Virus record (IMG/VR): IMGVR_UViG_3300049899_000159
Coordinates: 1-32,466 of that record
Source of the DNA: a virus
Taxonomy: Duplodnaviria; Caudoviricetes
Strand: one strand, 5' to 3'
Length of the DNA: 32,466 bases
A program made the position numbers and the translations under genes. Numbering within the stretch: position 1 is the stretch's first letter; each line of letters opens with the position of its first letter. The notes under the pieces are model-generated. The model made no database searches and had not been told where the DNA came from. It worked only from the letters and a program-made list of their open reading frames with translations. Positions 17,848-25,716 of this stretch are shown here, in pieces.

Positions 17848-18418
17848 AAAGTTTACAAGTGACATCGACATTGACTTTGCAGACAGAGATAAACTGTTAG
17901 AGCTGCTGGATGTAATACCTGCGAGTATTGTGCGCGACGGGGAATTAGTTAAACACAATACAGGCGTGTATGCAACTAACGTACCAACAGATCCATTCAC
18001 AGGACAATGCAGTTTGGATCACAAGGAAGCAGAAGCTCGTGGCTATGCTAAGTTAGATTTGCTTAACGTTGGTGTATACGAACAAGTCAAAAGCGAACAG
18101 CATTTAGTGGAGTTAATGGCAGAGCCAGATTGGTCGCTGTTAAATGATACTGCATTCTTTGAACAGTTAATACACGTAGGCAATCATTATAATACAATGA
18201 AGAAGATGCCCGAACCTATTAATAGCATACCACGACTAATGATGTTTATGGCAATTATAAGACCGGCGAAGCGTCACTTAATTGGAAAGGATTGGAAAAC
18301 AGTAGCAGAAACAATTTGGAACAAACCAACAGACGGGACTTATGCGTTTAAATCTAGTCACAGTTGTGCCTACGCACATCTAGTTGTTGTACACATAAAT
18401 TTATTATGTCAGAAATAA
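17840..18418 (+). CDS. Minimal DNA polymerase III alpha (DnaE)-like catalytic protein
   Basis: SDIDIDF, KHNTGVY, KLDLL, AIIRPA and YAFKSSHSCAYA correspond in order to family C polymerase motifs. Confidence 0.85.
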   Translation: MNKKFTSDIDIDFADRDKLLELLDVIPASIVRDGELVKHNTGVYATNVPTDPFTGQCSLDHKEAEARGYAKLDLLNVGVYEQVKSEQHLVELMAEPDWSLLNDTAFFEQLIHVGNHYNTMKKMPEPINSIPRLMMFMAIIRPAKRHLIGKDWKTVAETIWNKPTDGTYAFKSSHSCAYAHLVVVHINLLCQK

Positions 18419-18627
18419 CAGATAAAGAATTAATGTGGGATTTACTTAATGGAGTAAAACAGACAATAGTAGGGTATGGTCCTAACGCCTTTAAACAAAC
18501 ATTAATAGCGGTTAAAGTAACTAACGAATGGTATACTATTATACCCGGTGAAGGAACAAAACAAAGTAAAATTATTGCTATTGATCGCAAAAAACGTGAA
18601 ATAACTTGGTTGGTTAAAAATGAATAA
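18406..18627 (+). CDS. Small hypothetical protein
   Basis: MSEITDKELMWDLLNG...; start placed at ATG 18406. Confidence 0.65.
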   Translation: MSEITDKELMWDLLNGVKQTIVGYGPNAFKQTLIAVKVTNEWYTIIPGEGTKQSKIIAIDRKKREITWLVKNE

Positions 18628-18793
18628 AGTAAGTAACAAACAACGAAGTAAAGTATGGAGAGCACTTAAAGAAGATCACACGGTTTGGAAATGGTGGTTT
18701 GCTCCTGATGGAACTAACCGTGGTGTTTTCCTACAAGGACACAAATACAGTTGGCCAGGGAGGATGTACACAATTGACAAACAAAGTAACTAA
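18620..18793 (+). CDS. Small protein, tandem paralog 1 (57 aa, missing from the ORF track)
   Basis: MNKVSNKQRSKVWRALKEDH...; shares its N-terminus with the next two ORFs. Confidence 0.7.
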   Translation: MNKVSNKQRSKVWRALKEDHTVWKWWFAPDGTNRGVFLQGHKYSWPGRMYTIDKQSN

Positions 18794-19052
18794 CAAACAA
18801 CGTACAGCAGAAAAGCAAGCAACGTGGGATGCACTTAAACGTGACCACTCTACGCATTTTTCTTTTTATGGCAGTACCGTGTATGTTAGCGAGACCAACG
18901 GCACCGAAGGAACAGCATACCCATTAGGAACATTGCAGCACCCTGTTGATAACATGGACGATGCTTACAAAATAGCAGAACGTTATGGACTTTATTATAT
19001 TAACGTGTTTGAGAGAAGTTATTCGCAAACGTATACACATTTTCTTTCGTGA
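18774..19052 (+). CDS. Small protein, tandem paralog 2 (TTG start)
   Basis: (M)TNKVTNKQRTAEKQATWDALKRDH...; GGAGG at 18759-18763. Confidence 0.7.
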   Translation: MTNKVTNKQRTAEKQATWDALKRDHSTHFSFYGSTVYVSETNGTEGTAYPLGTLQHPVDNMDDAYKIAERYGLYYINVFERSYSQTYTHFLS

Positions 19053-19219
19053 TGAATAAGACAACTAACAAACAACGTACAGCAGATAAGAAAGCTACAT
19101 GGGATGCTCTTAAACGTGATTACCAGGATGATCCGTATATGATGAATTTTACAGTCAGTGGTAATATAAACGCCGACGATGTCTATTGGTATTGTCCAAA
19201 TATACCCGAATTTGAGTAA
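19052..19219 (+). CDS. Small protein, tandem paralog 3 (55 aa, missing from the ORF track)
   Basis: MNKTTNKQRTADKKATWDALKRDY...; TGATG and TAATG coupling at the two ends. Confidence 0.75.
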   Translation: MNKTTNKQRTADKKATWDALKRDYQDDPYMMNFTVSGNINADDVYWYCPNIPEFE

Positions 19220-19485
19220 TGGTTACATTTTACTTTGAAACAATGTCAGGAATAGATCGTAAAAAATTCGCTAATAGGATGGGCAAATGGCAATCGGATC
19301 ATTATGCATATCGGGAGACTAACCCGGATGTAACCTTTGAGGATTGGATACTGCAGGAATACAAAATAATTGTTAAGTATAACAGTTTTGGAGTAATTGG
19401 ATTTACAATGCCCGACAAAGAAGCAACGTTTTTTGCACTACAGACCGGACTAGGACTATCTAATCAACCCTCCGGACCAGCGTAA
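19219..19485 (+). CDS. Small hypothetical protein
   Basis: 88 aa with DKEATFFALQ near the C-terminus. Confidence 0.7.
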   Translation: MVTFYFETMSGIDRKKFANRMGKWQSDHYAYRETNPDVTFEDWILQEYKIIVKYNSFGVIGFTMPDKEATFFALQTGLGLSNQPSGPA

Positions 19486-19834
19486 TACTTCTACGTTTAC
19501 TACGCTTTTTAGCAATATCCTTTAAACTTAAATATGGACCATGCAACACGTCTACGTCCTTGCTTACAAACGTCTTAACGCAAACTTTAAATTGTACCCA
19601 ATCGCCTTTGAGGAAAATATTAATAGGGATCATTCTATTTGATTCCCACCACCATTGTTCTGCAAGCTCTAAAAATTGTTCTTTTTGTTCTGTAGTACGC
19701 AATGCTGCATAATCATATATTGTTGTAATATAATCGTCGCTGTTTTGTATAATTCCTATGTATTCGTTTCCACCGTATGTAAGGTAGGAAAGGAACGGGC
19801 TCTGGTCTAGCAATTTCTTATAATCATCTTCCAT
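19460..19834 (-). CDS. Hypothetical protein, late-type promoter
   Basis: 124 aa (PFLS, EYIGIIQN, WWWESNRMIPINIFL); TAAATA lies 5 nt before the ATG on the minus strand. Confidence 0.8.
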   Translation of the reverse strand: MEDDYKKLLDQSPFLSYLTYGGNEYIGIIQNSDDYITTIYDYAALRTTEQKEQFLELAEQWWWESNRMIPINIFLKGDWVQFKVCVKTFVSKDVDVLHGPYLSLKDIAKKRSKRRSITLVRRVD

Positions 19835-19839
19835 ACTTC

Positions 19840-19900
19840 TATTTATAATTAGTTTGGTACGGTGTTTATTTTTGGATCTTATTTAATTTTGAGCTAAATA
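19840..19900. promoter_or_regulatory. Divergent TAAATA late-type promoters
   Basis: TATTTA at 19840-19845 (minus strand) and TAAATA at 19895-19900 (plus strand). Confidence 0.65.
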
Positions 19901-19928
19901 CTGTATAAATTAAAGGATCTCAGATTAA

Positions 19929-20366
19929 ATGTCATCAACAATAAAAAGTTATTTATACGACAACAAAATTTTGGTACAAGTTCTGGATGACGATCCTACA
20001 ATAAAAACGAGGTATAGAGTTGTGTACAGCAAAACATTAAAAGTTTATAAAGACATCGACAATCAAATTACTGTTGAATTTAAAAACAACGATCAGAAAG
20101 CCGCTAACTTAACTAGTAGAACATTTACGTTAAACGTAACAGATCCAGGTTCTAATGTGGCTATTTGGAGTTCAGGAATAACTGTTGCCAACGCTACACT
20201 AGCAATCGGAACAGTTACATTAGATACAGCTAATGTCGCGAACCTTACGTTACAGCGTTATAACTATACAATAAGTTATACATACGGAAACTTAACATTG
20301 CCAACTTACACAGATGATAACTGGGGTGCGTCGGGGCAGATGGAAGTCATATCTAACGTATACTAA
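19929..20366 (+). CDS. Probable virion structural protein (beta-rich, BppU/Ig-like)
   Basis: Thr/Asn/Val-rich, VYKDIDNQITVEFKNNDQK, late-type promoter upstream. Confidence 0.55.
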   Translation: MSSTIKSYLYDNKILVQVLDDDPTIKTRYRVVYSKTLKVYKDIDNQITVEFKNNDQKAANLTSRTFTLNVTDPGSNVAIWSSGITVANATLAIGTVTLDTANVANLTLQRYNYTISYTYGNLTLPTYTDDNWGASGQMEVISNVY

Positions 20367-21700
20367 TGCGAGCGCAAGAGTTTATAACAGAGTCTGTTGA
20401 CTTACCCACATTAAGCTTTCCGACATTATATCATGTTGGTGTGTTTGATGAAACATGGAAAAGGGATAATAGTTTCGAAGGCGCAGGCCTTAGTGTAAGT
20501 ACAGATCCAGATGCATGGCGCGAAATTGCTAGAGGACACGTAACTGGTACTACGTTCTCATTAACTAAGCAAAACAATACATTTATTAACGCTCATAAAT
20601 TAACAAAAAGACAATTAAATCAAATTAAACAATGGGCTTTAGATAACGGCTTATTAGAATCTCAAGAAACTATAAGAGTATCGTGGTTTGATGACGAAAT
20701 GAATGATACGATGTATATGGATTTTGATTCAAAATCCGCAGCACAAGAAGAGTTCGATTTAGATGAGAACGAAGTTGAAGTTATCACAAACGGTATTATT
20801 CCGACAGAAAAATTAAAACAACTTTCGCAGAATCCGACGTTAACACCAACAGCCGTTATGGATTATGTATTACCGATATATGCAGAGAGTTTAAATGTAG
20901 ATGGCGTGTGGTGGCAAGATACTTTAAACATTGCAAAATTTAGCGCACCACGGGGAGTTATTCTCCCTAAGATGGTAAAGACCTGGAAAGTTACAAAAGA
21001 ATTAAACGAAGGATGGAAAGATACAATAGCTAACGTTGGCATCGCAGGTGCAATAGCCGCGGCAGGAACCAGCGGCATAGCAGTTAAACAAGCATTGCAA
21101 GACCCAACTATAGACAACGCAACCAAAGCAGAAATAGTACAGCAAGTGGATACTCCACCTAACATCACAGTAATAGAACCCGAAGAAGAAAAACAGTTCA
21201 CGGGTAATGCACACGAAATGGCGCTTGCACGTGTAGCACAAGACGCAGGGATTAATGGAATAGAGCTTGCTGCATTACTAGCACAAACAGCACACGAATC
21301 AAACAATTTTAGAAGTATGGTGGAATACGGTGGTAGCTTAGACTTCCGCAAATACGATCCTAAGTACAATCCAAAGAAAGCAAAGATGTTAGGCAACACT
21401 AAAGTAGGTGACGGTGCAAAGTACAAGGGTCGCGGACTCATACAAATTACCGGTAAATACAACTATAAAAAAGCAGGCGAAGCATTGGGATTAGATCTAG
21501 TTAAGAACCCCGAGCTAGCAGAAAAGCCAAATATAGCGGCAAAGATCGCGGTATGGTATTGGAAGTATCGTGTTCAACCTAAAGTTAAAGATTTCAATGA
21601 TGTTAAGCAAGTAACTAGACCTATTAATTCACAGTTGAATGGAATAGACGATCGCAAAGAAAAGTTTGCACAATATAAAATGAGAGTAACCCAAGCATGA
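20366..21700 (+). CDS. Two-part protein: unknown N-terminal domain plus GH19 (chitinase/lysozyme-like) peptidoglycan hydrolase
   Basis: C-terminal LAQTAHES, YKGRGLIQITGKYNY, AVWYW and TRPINSQLNGIDDR. MRAQEFITE leader; internal LNE at residues 213-215. Confidence 0.85.
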   Translation: MRAQEFITESVDLPTLSFPTLYHVGVFDETWKRDNSFEGAGLSVSTDPDAWREIARGHVTGTTFSLTKQNNTFINAHKLTKRQLNQIKQWALDNGLLESQETIRVSWFDDEMNDTMYMDFDSKSAAQEEFDLDENEVEVITNGIIPTEKLKQLSQNPTLTPTAVMDYVLPIYAESLNVDGVWWQDTLNIAKFSAPRGVILPKMVKTWKVTKELNEGWKDTIANVGIAGAIAAAGTSGIAVKQALQDPTIDNATKAEIVQQVDTPPNITVIEPEEEKQFTGNAHEMALARVAQDAGINGIELAALLAQTAHESNNFRSMVEYGGSLDFRKYDPKYNPKKAKMLGNTKVGDGAKYKGRGLIQITGKYNYKKAGEALGLDLVKNPELAEKPNIAAKIAVWYWKYRVQPKVKDFNDVKQVTRPINSQLNGIDDRKEKFAQYKMRVTQA

Positions 21701-22611
21701 AAATAAATGAGATAATAAACGAGGGTCGAGATGCATCTTTATATCACGGTCTCGCATCTGCAGACAGAGTTAAGTTTGTATTAGGCAACGATAAATTAGT
21801 ACCATACAGTAATGTTACAATTGCCGGGAAGAAGCCATTCCAAGCGATATCATTAACTAGAAATAAACATTTAGCCTACGGATATGTTGTGTTAGAATTA
21901 GATCAAGCAAAACTAGCACAAAGACATAAAATGAGTCCTGTTGATCAGAACCCAGCAAAATCTAAAGTTAGTCCGGACCCCGATAGACATTCTAAGGGCA
22001 TGTTCGGCAACGACAAAGGAAAAGAAGAATACTTCCAAGAAGAGATAGTTGTAGGAACAATAGAGCCATTACACAAATATATTAAATGTATAAAGATTGT
22101 TGAACCAACGCACGGCGATGAAGAGTTGTCACCAAAAGAAATATTTGCATTAGATGATTATATCCAATCTTATGCACAGAAATATAATGTAGAAGTTAAT
22201 TCGGACTGGGTAGAGGATTTATACCAAGAGCTCCAATACGAAGAAGAATATGAGGAAGACGATTACTTAAGCATAGATCATTATAATACTCAGTTAAACG
22301 AAGTAACAGATCCGCAGGGCTTATGCTACAAATACGCATACCAGCAGATTATGGCAGATCCTAGTTTAGTATTAATCCACGCAACAGTACATGATCCTTG
22401 GGACCACCATCCTTATACTCACGCCTGGGTAGAAGACGGCGTCCTTGTTAAAGATTGGCAAACAATGGAAGTTGGTCTTAGCAAGTATGGAAAGAAGGGT
22501 TGGCCAAAACATAAATTTTATGCTGCATACGAACCAACAGACGCATCAGTGTATTCACACAATGATGTATTAAAATACGTGGCACAAACAAAACATTACG
22601 GTCCGTGGTAA
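21697..22611 (+). CDS. Two-part protein: ADP-ribosyltransferase-like domain plus papain/transglutaminase-like Cys-His-Asp domain
   Basis: LYHG...ISLTRN...QEE, an acidic linker ending in LNE (residues 200-202), then GLCY...HAWVE...KDWQ. MKINEIINE leader. The domain calls are inference. Confidence 0.55.
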   Translation: MKINEIINEGRDASLYHGLASADRVKFVLGNDKLVPYSNVTIAGKKPFQAISLTRNKHLAYGYVVLELDQAKLAQRHKMSPVDQNPAKSKVSPDPDRHSKGMFGNDKGKEEYFQEEIVVGTIEPLHKYIKCIKIVEPTHGDEELSPKEIFALDDYIQSYAQKYNVEVNSDWVEDLYQELQYEEEYEEDDYLSIDHYNTQLNEVTDPQGLCYKYAYQQIMADPSLVLIHATVHDPWDHHPYTHAWVEDGVLVKDWQTMEVGLSKYGKKGWPKHKFYAAYEPTDASVYSHNDVLKYVAQTKHYGPW

Positions 22612-23514
22612 ATGAAAGCAAAAGAATTTATAAAAGAAGGACTGTCTTCTATACTATACCACACAACTAGCATACATGCATTGGCTAAAATACTTAAGTC
22701 TAATGAATTTGTGTTAACACCAGCAGTCGGCACAAGCGCGGAAATGGATTTACTTAAGAATCAAAAGTTTTATTACTTCTCTACAACAAGAAGCATGTTA
22801 GGATCATATGGCAACGACCCATATAAAATTGCTGTATCAATTAAGTTAGACGGCGATAAACTAGGACACAATTATTCGGGCAATCCTGTAGACTATTGGG
22901 GTCCGGCGTTTAGAAAAACTGATCCTGCTAAATTTGAAATGGAAGATCGTATATTTTCTAAGACGCCTAATATTCCTAATGCATCTAAATATATTACAGA
23001 AGTTCACATGTTAGTAATTGACGCTGATGATATGCCCGACCGACAAAAAAGATTATTAAGAAGGATATTAATTATGCTTAAAGCAAGCGGAATGAATTAT
23101 TATATCTACGATAATAATAACAACTACATAACACAAAACAAAGCAAAAGCAATACAAGGAATCGATGCCGCTTCTATTAAGTCCAAGGAAAAAGAAGAGT
23201 TCTATCACAGAACTAAATTAAGTCAGTATAAGAACAATATTGTTACATGGATTGAGCTAGCAACTAAATGGAAAGAAAGCGAATTGTCAAAACCAGCAAT
23301 GGATCTAGTTTGGTATATTAGACAATATGCTTATAATGGCGAGCCGCTTATTATGCTAAAGAATACCTTACATAATGCTAAAGGATCACATCAAGTAGAA
23401 CGACCGGATGTGGACAAATTATTAAAGATATTAGCGGATAGAAGAATAAAGAATATCGACGAGTTTTATAAACAGATGGAAACGAAGTGGGATGTGAAAA
23501 ATGAAATCAAGTGA
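22612..23514 (+). CDS. Probable head-packaged protein with an ADP-ribosyltransferase-like N-terminal domain
   Basis: MKAKEFIKE leader; LYHTT...YFSTTRS...EMEDRI. Confidence 0.5.
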   Translation: MKAKEFIKEGLSSILYHTTSIHALAKILKSNEFVLTPAVGTSAEMDLLKNQKFYYFSTTRSMLGSYGNDPYKIAVSIKLDGDKLGHNYSGNPVDYWGPAFRKTDPAKFEMEDRIFSKTPNIPNASKYITEVHMLVIDADDMPDRQKRLLRRILIMLKASGMNYYIYDNNNNYITQNKAKAIQGIDAASIKSKEKEEFYHRTKLSQYKNNIVTWIELATKWKESELSKPAMDLVWYIRQYAYNGEPLIMLKNTLHNAKGSHQVERPDVDKLLKILADRRIKNIDEFYKQMETKWDVKNEIK

Positions 23515-23983
23515 ATTTATAACAGAAGCAGTACAGATAGATAATAAAGACGGATGGGGTGCAGTCCCTTTTAATCAGGAGATTGGTTATTTGGGGCTAC
23601 GGGTAAAAATGACTCCGGGCATGTTCCTACAGTTAGCAGCCCCGTTAGGCGACCCAACTTCAATGGATGACATTAAGCAGCACATCAGTTCCGGTGGTAC
23701 ATTAGGCGCACCATTTTTAAATATTCAATACCCATACGAATGGCACGATGGAGATTTTAGCGAGAAAGCTAAAGTGGTTGGGCACGAAGGCCGTAACCGG
23801 ATGAATGCTATACAACAGGTATACAATAACGATCCGGTAGAAGTACATTTGTTTTTTAATCAAGGAGTACGTAACAGAGACCTTACTCCGGAAATAATTA
23901 AAAATCTAAACAGATGTTTAATACCAGAAAAACAAAGTAATCCACAATCTTGGGGTCCATACTTTAGAGTAATGCAAAGCTAG
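23501..23983 (+). CDS. ParB/Srx-like domain protein
   Basis: MKSSEFITE leader; APFL...VVGHEGRNRM resembles the ParB-N DGxHR motif. Confidence 0.55.
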   Translation: MKSSEFITEAVQIDNKDGWGAVPFNQEIGYLGLRVKMTPGMFLQLAAPLGDPTSMDDIKQHISSGGTLGAPFLNIQYPYEWHDGDFSEKAKVVGHEGRNRMNAIQQVYNNDPVEVHLFFNQGVRNRDLTPEIIKNLNRCLIPEKQSNPQSWGPYFRVMQS

Positions 23984-24009
23984 ACATTTTAGCTTAACTC
24001 TGCTATATT
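23981..24009 (+). promoter_or_regulatory. sigma70-type promoter for the primase region
   Basis: TAGACA-17 nt-TATATT with TG extension. Confidence 0.65.
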
Positions 24010-24081
24010 AACTGTATATGATTAATACAGTTTTCCACCAATAAAATAATTTGTTTTAACTGTAAGTTGATAAATATATGT

Positions 24082-24717
24082 ATGGGATATATTTATAAAA
24101 CAACAAACACATTAAACCAACATTTCTACATAGGTAAAAAACATAGTCATAAGTTTGACCCGAGTTATTTCGGGTCCGGAATTGCAATTAATAATGCAAT
24201 TAAGAAATATGGAAAAGATAAGTTTATTATTGAGGTCTTAGAGTGGGTAGATGATTCAATAATTAACGAAAGAGAAATATTTTATATTGAAAAATATAAT
24301 GCAAGGACAAGTTATAATATTGCTGCCGGTGGAGAAGGAGTTAATTCGGAATTAGCTAGAACATTAGCATTACGACATCATAAAAATATGAGCAAAGAAC
24401 AAAAGAAACAGCGAAGCGATAATTGCAGCAGAGGTCAGCAAGCTCGCTTTAAAAAAAATCCTGAATCAAACGAAACTAAACAACGTAAAAGTAAGGCACA
24501 CCAAGGAAAATATCTAATAGAGGCGCCCGATGGAAGAACATGGACAACTGATGAAGGACTAAAGAAATTTGCCAATGATAATGAAACAGAGTTAGGGGTC
24601 GGATACTGGCAATTATTCGGAGTATATAGAAAAGGATACACAAACAAAATAACAACTCGTAAACGCAAAGATAATAATAATTGGAAGGTAACAAGAATTG
24701 ACAAACCAAATAGCTGA
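24082..24717 (+). CDS. Free-standing GIY-YIG homing endonuclease (Seg-like)
   Basis: GYIYKTTN...FYIGK, YFGSG, AIKKYG, ERE, YNIAAGG and NUMOD3-like ESNETKQRKS. TAAATA lies 5 nt before ATG 24082. Confidence 0.88.
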   Translation: MGYIYKTTNTLNQHFYIGKKHSHKFDPSYFGSGIAINNAIKKYGKDKFIIEVLEWVDDSIINEREIFYIEKYNARTSYNIAAGGEGVNSELARTLALRHHKNMSKEQKKQRSDNCSRGQQARFKKNPESNETKQRKSKAHQGKYLIEAPDGRTWTTDEGLKKFANDNETELGVGYWQLFGVYRKGYTNKITTRKRKDNNNWKVTRIDKPNS

Positions 24718-25693
24718 ATATACAATGTCGTTGTGGATGTCTCGAAAAACTAAACGAGGAACCAAAGGATGGCGAAGTGGCAATGCGGTGTGTTGTATTC
24801 ACAACGGTGAAACTGTTGATAAAAGGAGCAGAGGCGGTTTATTAGTTGAAAATGATACTGTCGCCTGGCATTGTTTTAACTGCAACTACAAGGCAACATA
24901 CAAACCGGGCTGGCACTTAACATTTAAGTTTAGAAAACTATTAAGCTGGATGGGTGCAAGCGACTCTGACGTACAGCGTTTAACCATTGAGGCAATGCGT
25001 GTTAGAGACTTAGTGGGTATACCTGAGCAAGAGCTAGACGAAGTAAGAAAAATAGAGTTTAAAGTTAAACCATTACCTGAGGATGTAATTAAGGTAGACG
25101 ATTCGTTTGATGGTGATAGTCCAGGGCTAGTGTATTGCACAGCACGAAAGCTAGACTATGACGACTACGACTTCTATGTTACAAACGAAACAAGATACAA
25201 ACTAAACGAGCGTCTGCTTATCCCATGCTTCTGGAAAAAGAAGTTAATAGGCTACACAGGACGAGCATGGCGCGATGCAATTTTACCAAAGTATCTTAAT
25301 CAATACGATTCGGACTATGTGTATAACACCGATAAGCAACTAAGAGATAATAAATTTGTATTGGTAATGGAAGGTCCAATTGATGCTATTAGCATAGATG
25401 GTGTAGCAACACTAGGCAACGAAATAAGTGAGCAGCAAGCAGACATTATTGATAGCTTAGTCAAAGAAGTAATAGTGGTGCCTGATGCTGACAGTGGTGG
25501 AGGACAATTGATTGATGCCGCACTTAAATATGGTTGGTCTGTTTCGTTTCCTGTGTGGCACGAAACATGTAAAGATGTTAATAAAGCAGTATGCAAATAT
25601 GGTAAATTGTTTGTTTTGCTTTCTATTTTAAAGGCCAAAGAGACTAATCCTTTGAAAATTAAATTGCTTTCTAAGAGAATATTAGATAAATAA
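24698..25693 (+). CDS. DNA primase (DnaG/T4 gp61-like)
   Basis: Zn-binding CCIH...HCFNC, GYTGR, PKY, and TOPRIM EGPIDA and PDAD. TTG start. Confidence 0.9.
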   Translation: MTNQIAEYTMSLWMSRKTKRGTKGWRSGNAVCCIHNGETVDKRSRGGLLVENDTVAWHCFNCNYKATYKPGWHLTFKFRKLLSWMGASDSDVQRLTIEAMRVRDLVGIPEQELDEVRKIEFKVKPLPEDVIKVDDSFDGDSPGLVYCTARKLDYDDYDFYVTNETRYKLNERLLIPCFWKKKLIGYTGRAWRDAILPKYLNQYDSDYVYNTDKQLRDNKFVLVMEGPIDAISIDGVATLGNEISEQQADIIDSLVKEVIVVPDADSGGGQLIDAALKYGWSVSFPVWHETCKDVNKAVCKYGKLFVLLSILKAKETNPLKIKLLSKRILDK

Positions 25694-25716
25694 TATTACA
25701 AAGGAGTAATATTATG
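25687..25716 (+). promoter_or_regulatory. Late-type promoter inside an RBS-sequestering hairpin
   Basis: TAAATA at 25687-25692. A 10-bp stem ATAATATTAC (25690-25699)/GTAATATTAT (25706-25715) has the AAAGGA RBS in its loop and pairs into the ATG. Confidence 0.7.

Noticed and set aside
19460-19485. 26-nt convergent overlap of two genes as an antisense system
   Set aside because: Short 3' overlaps are ordinary in compact phage genomes, and nothing else supports a regulatory role.
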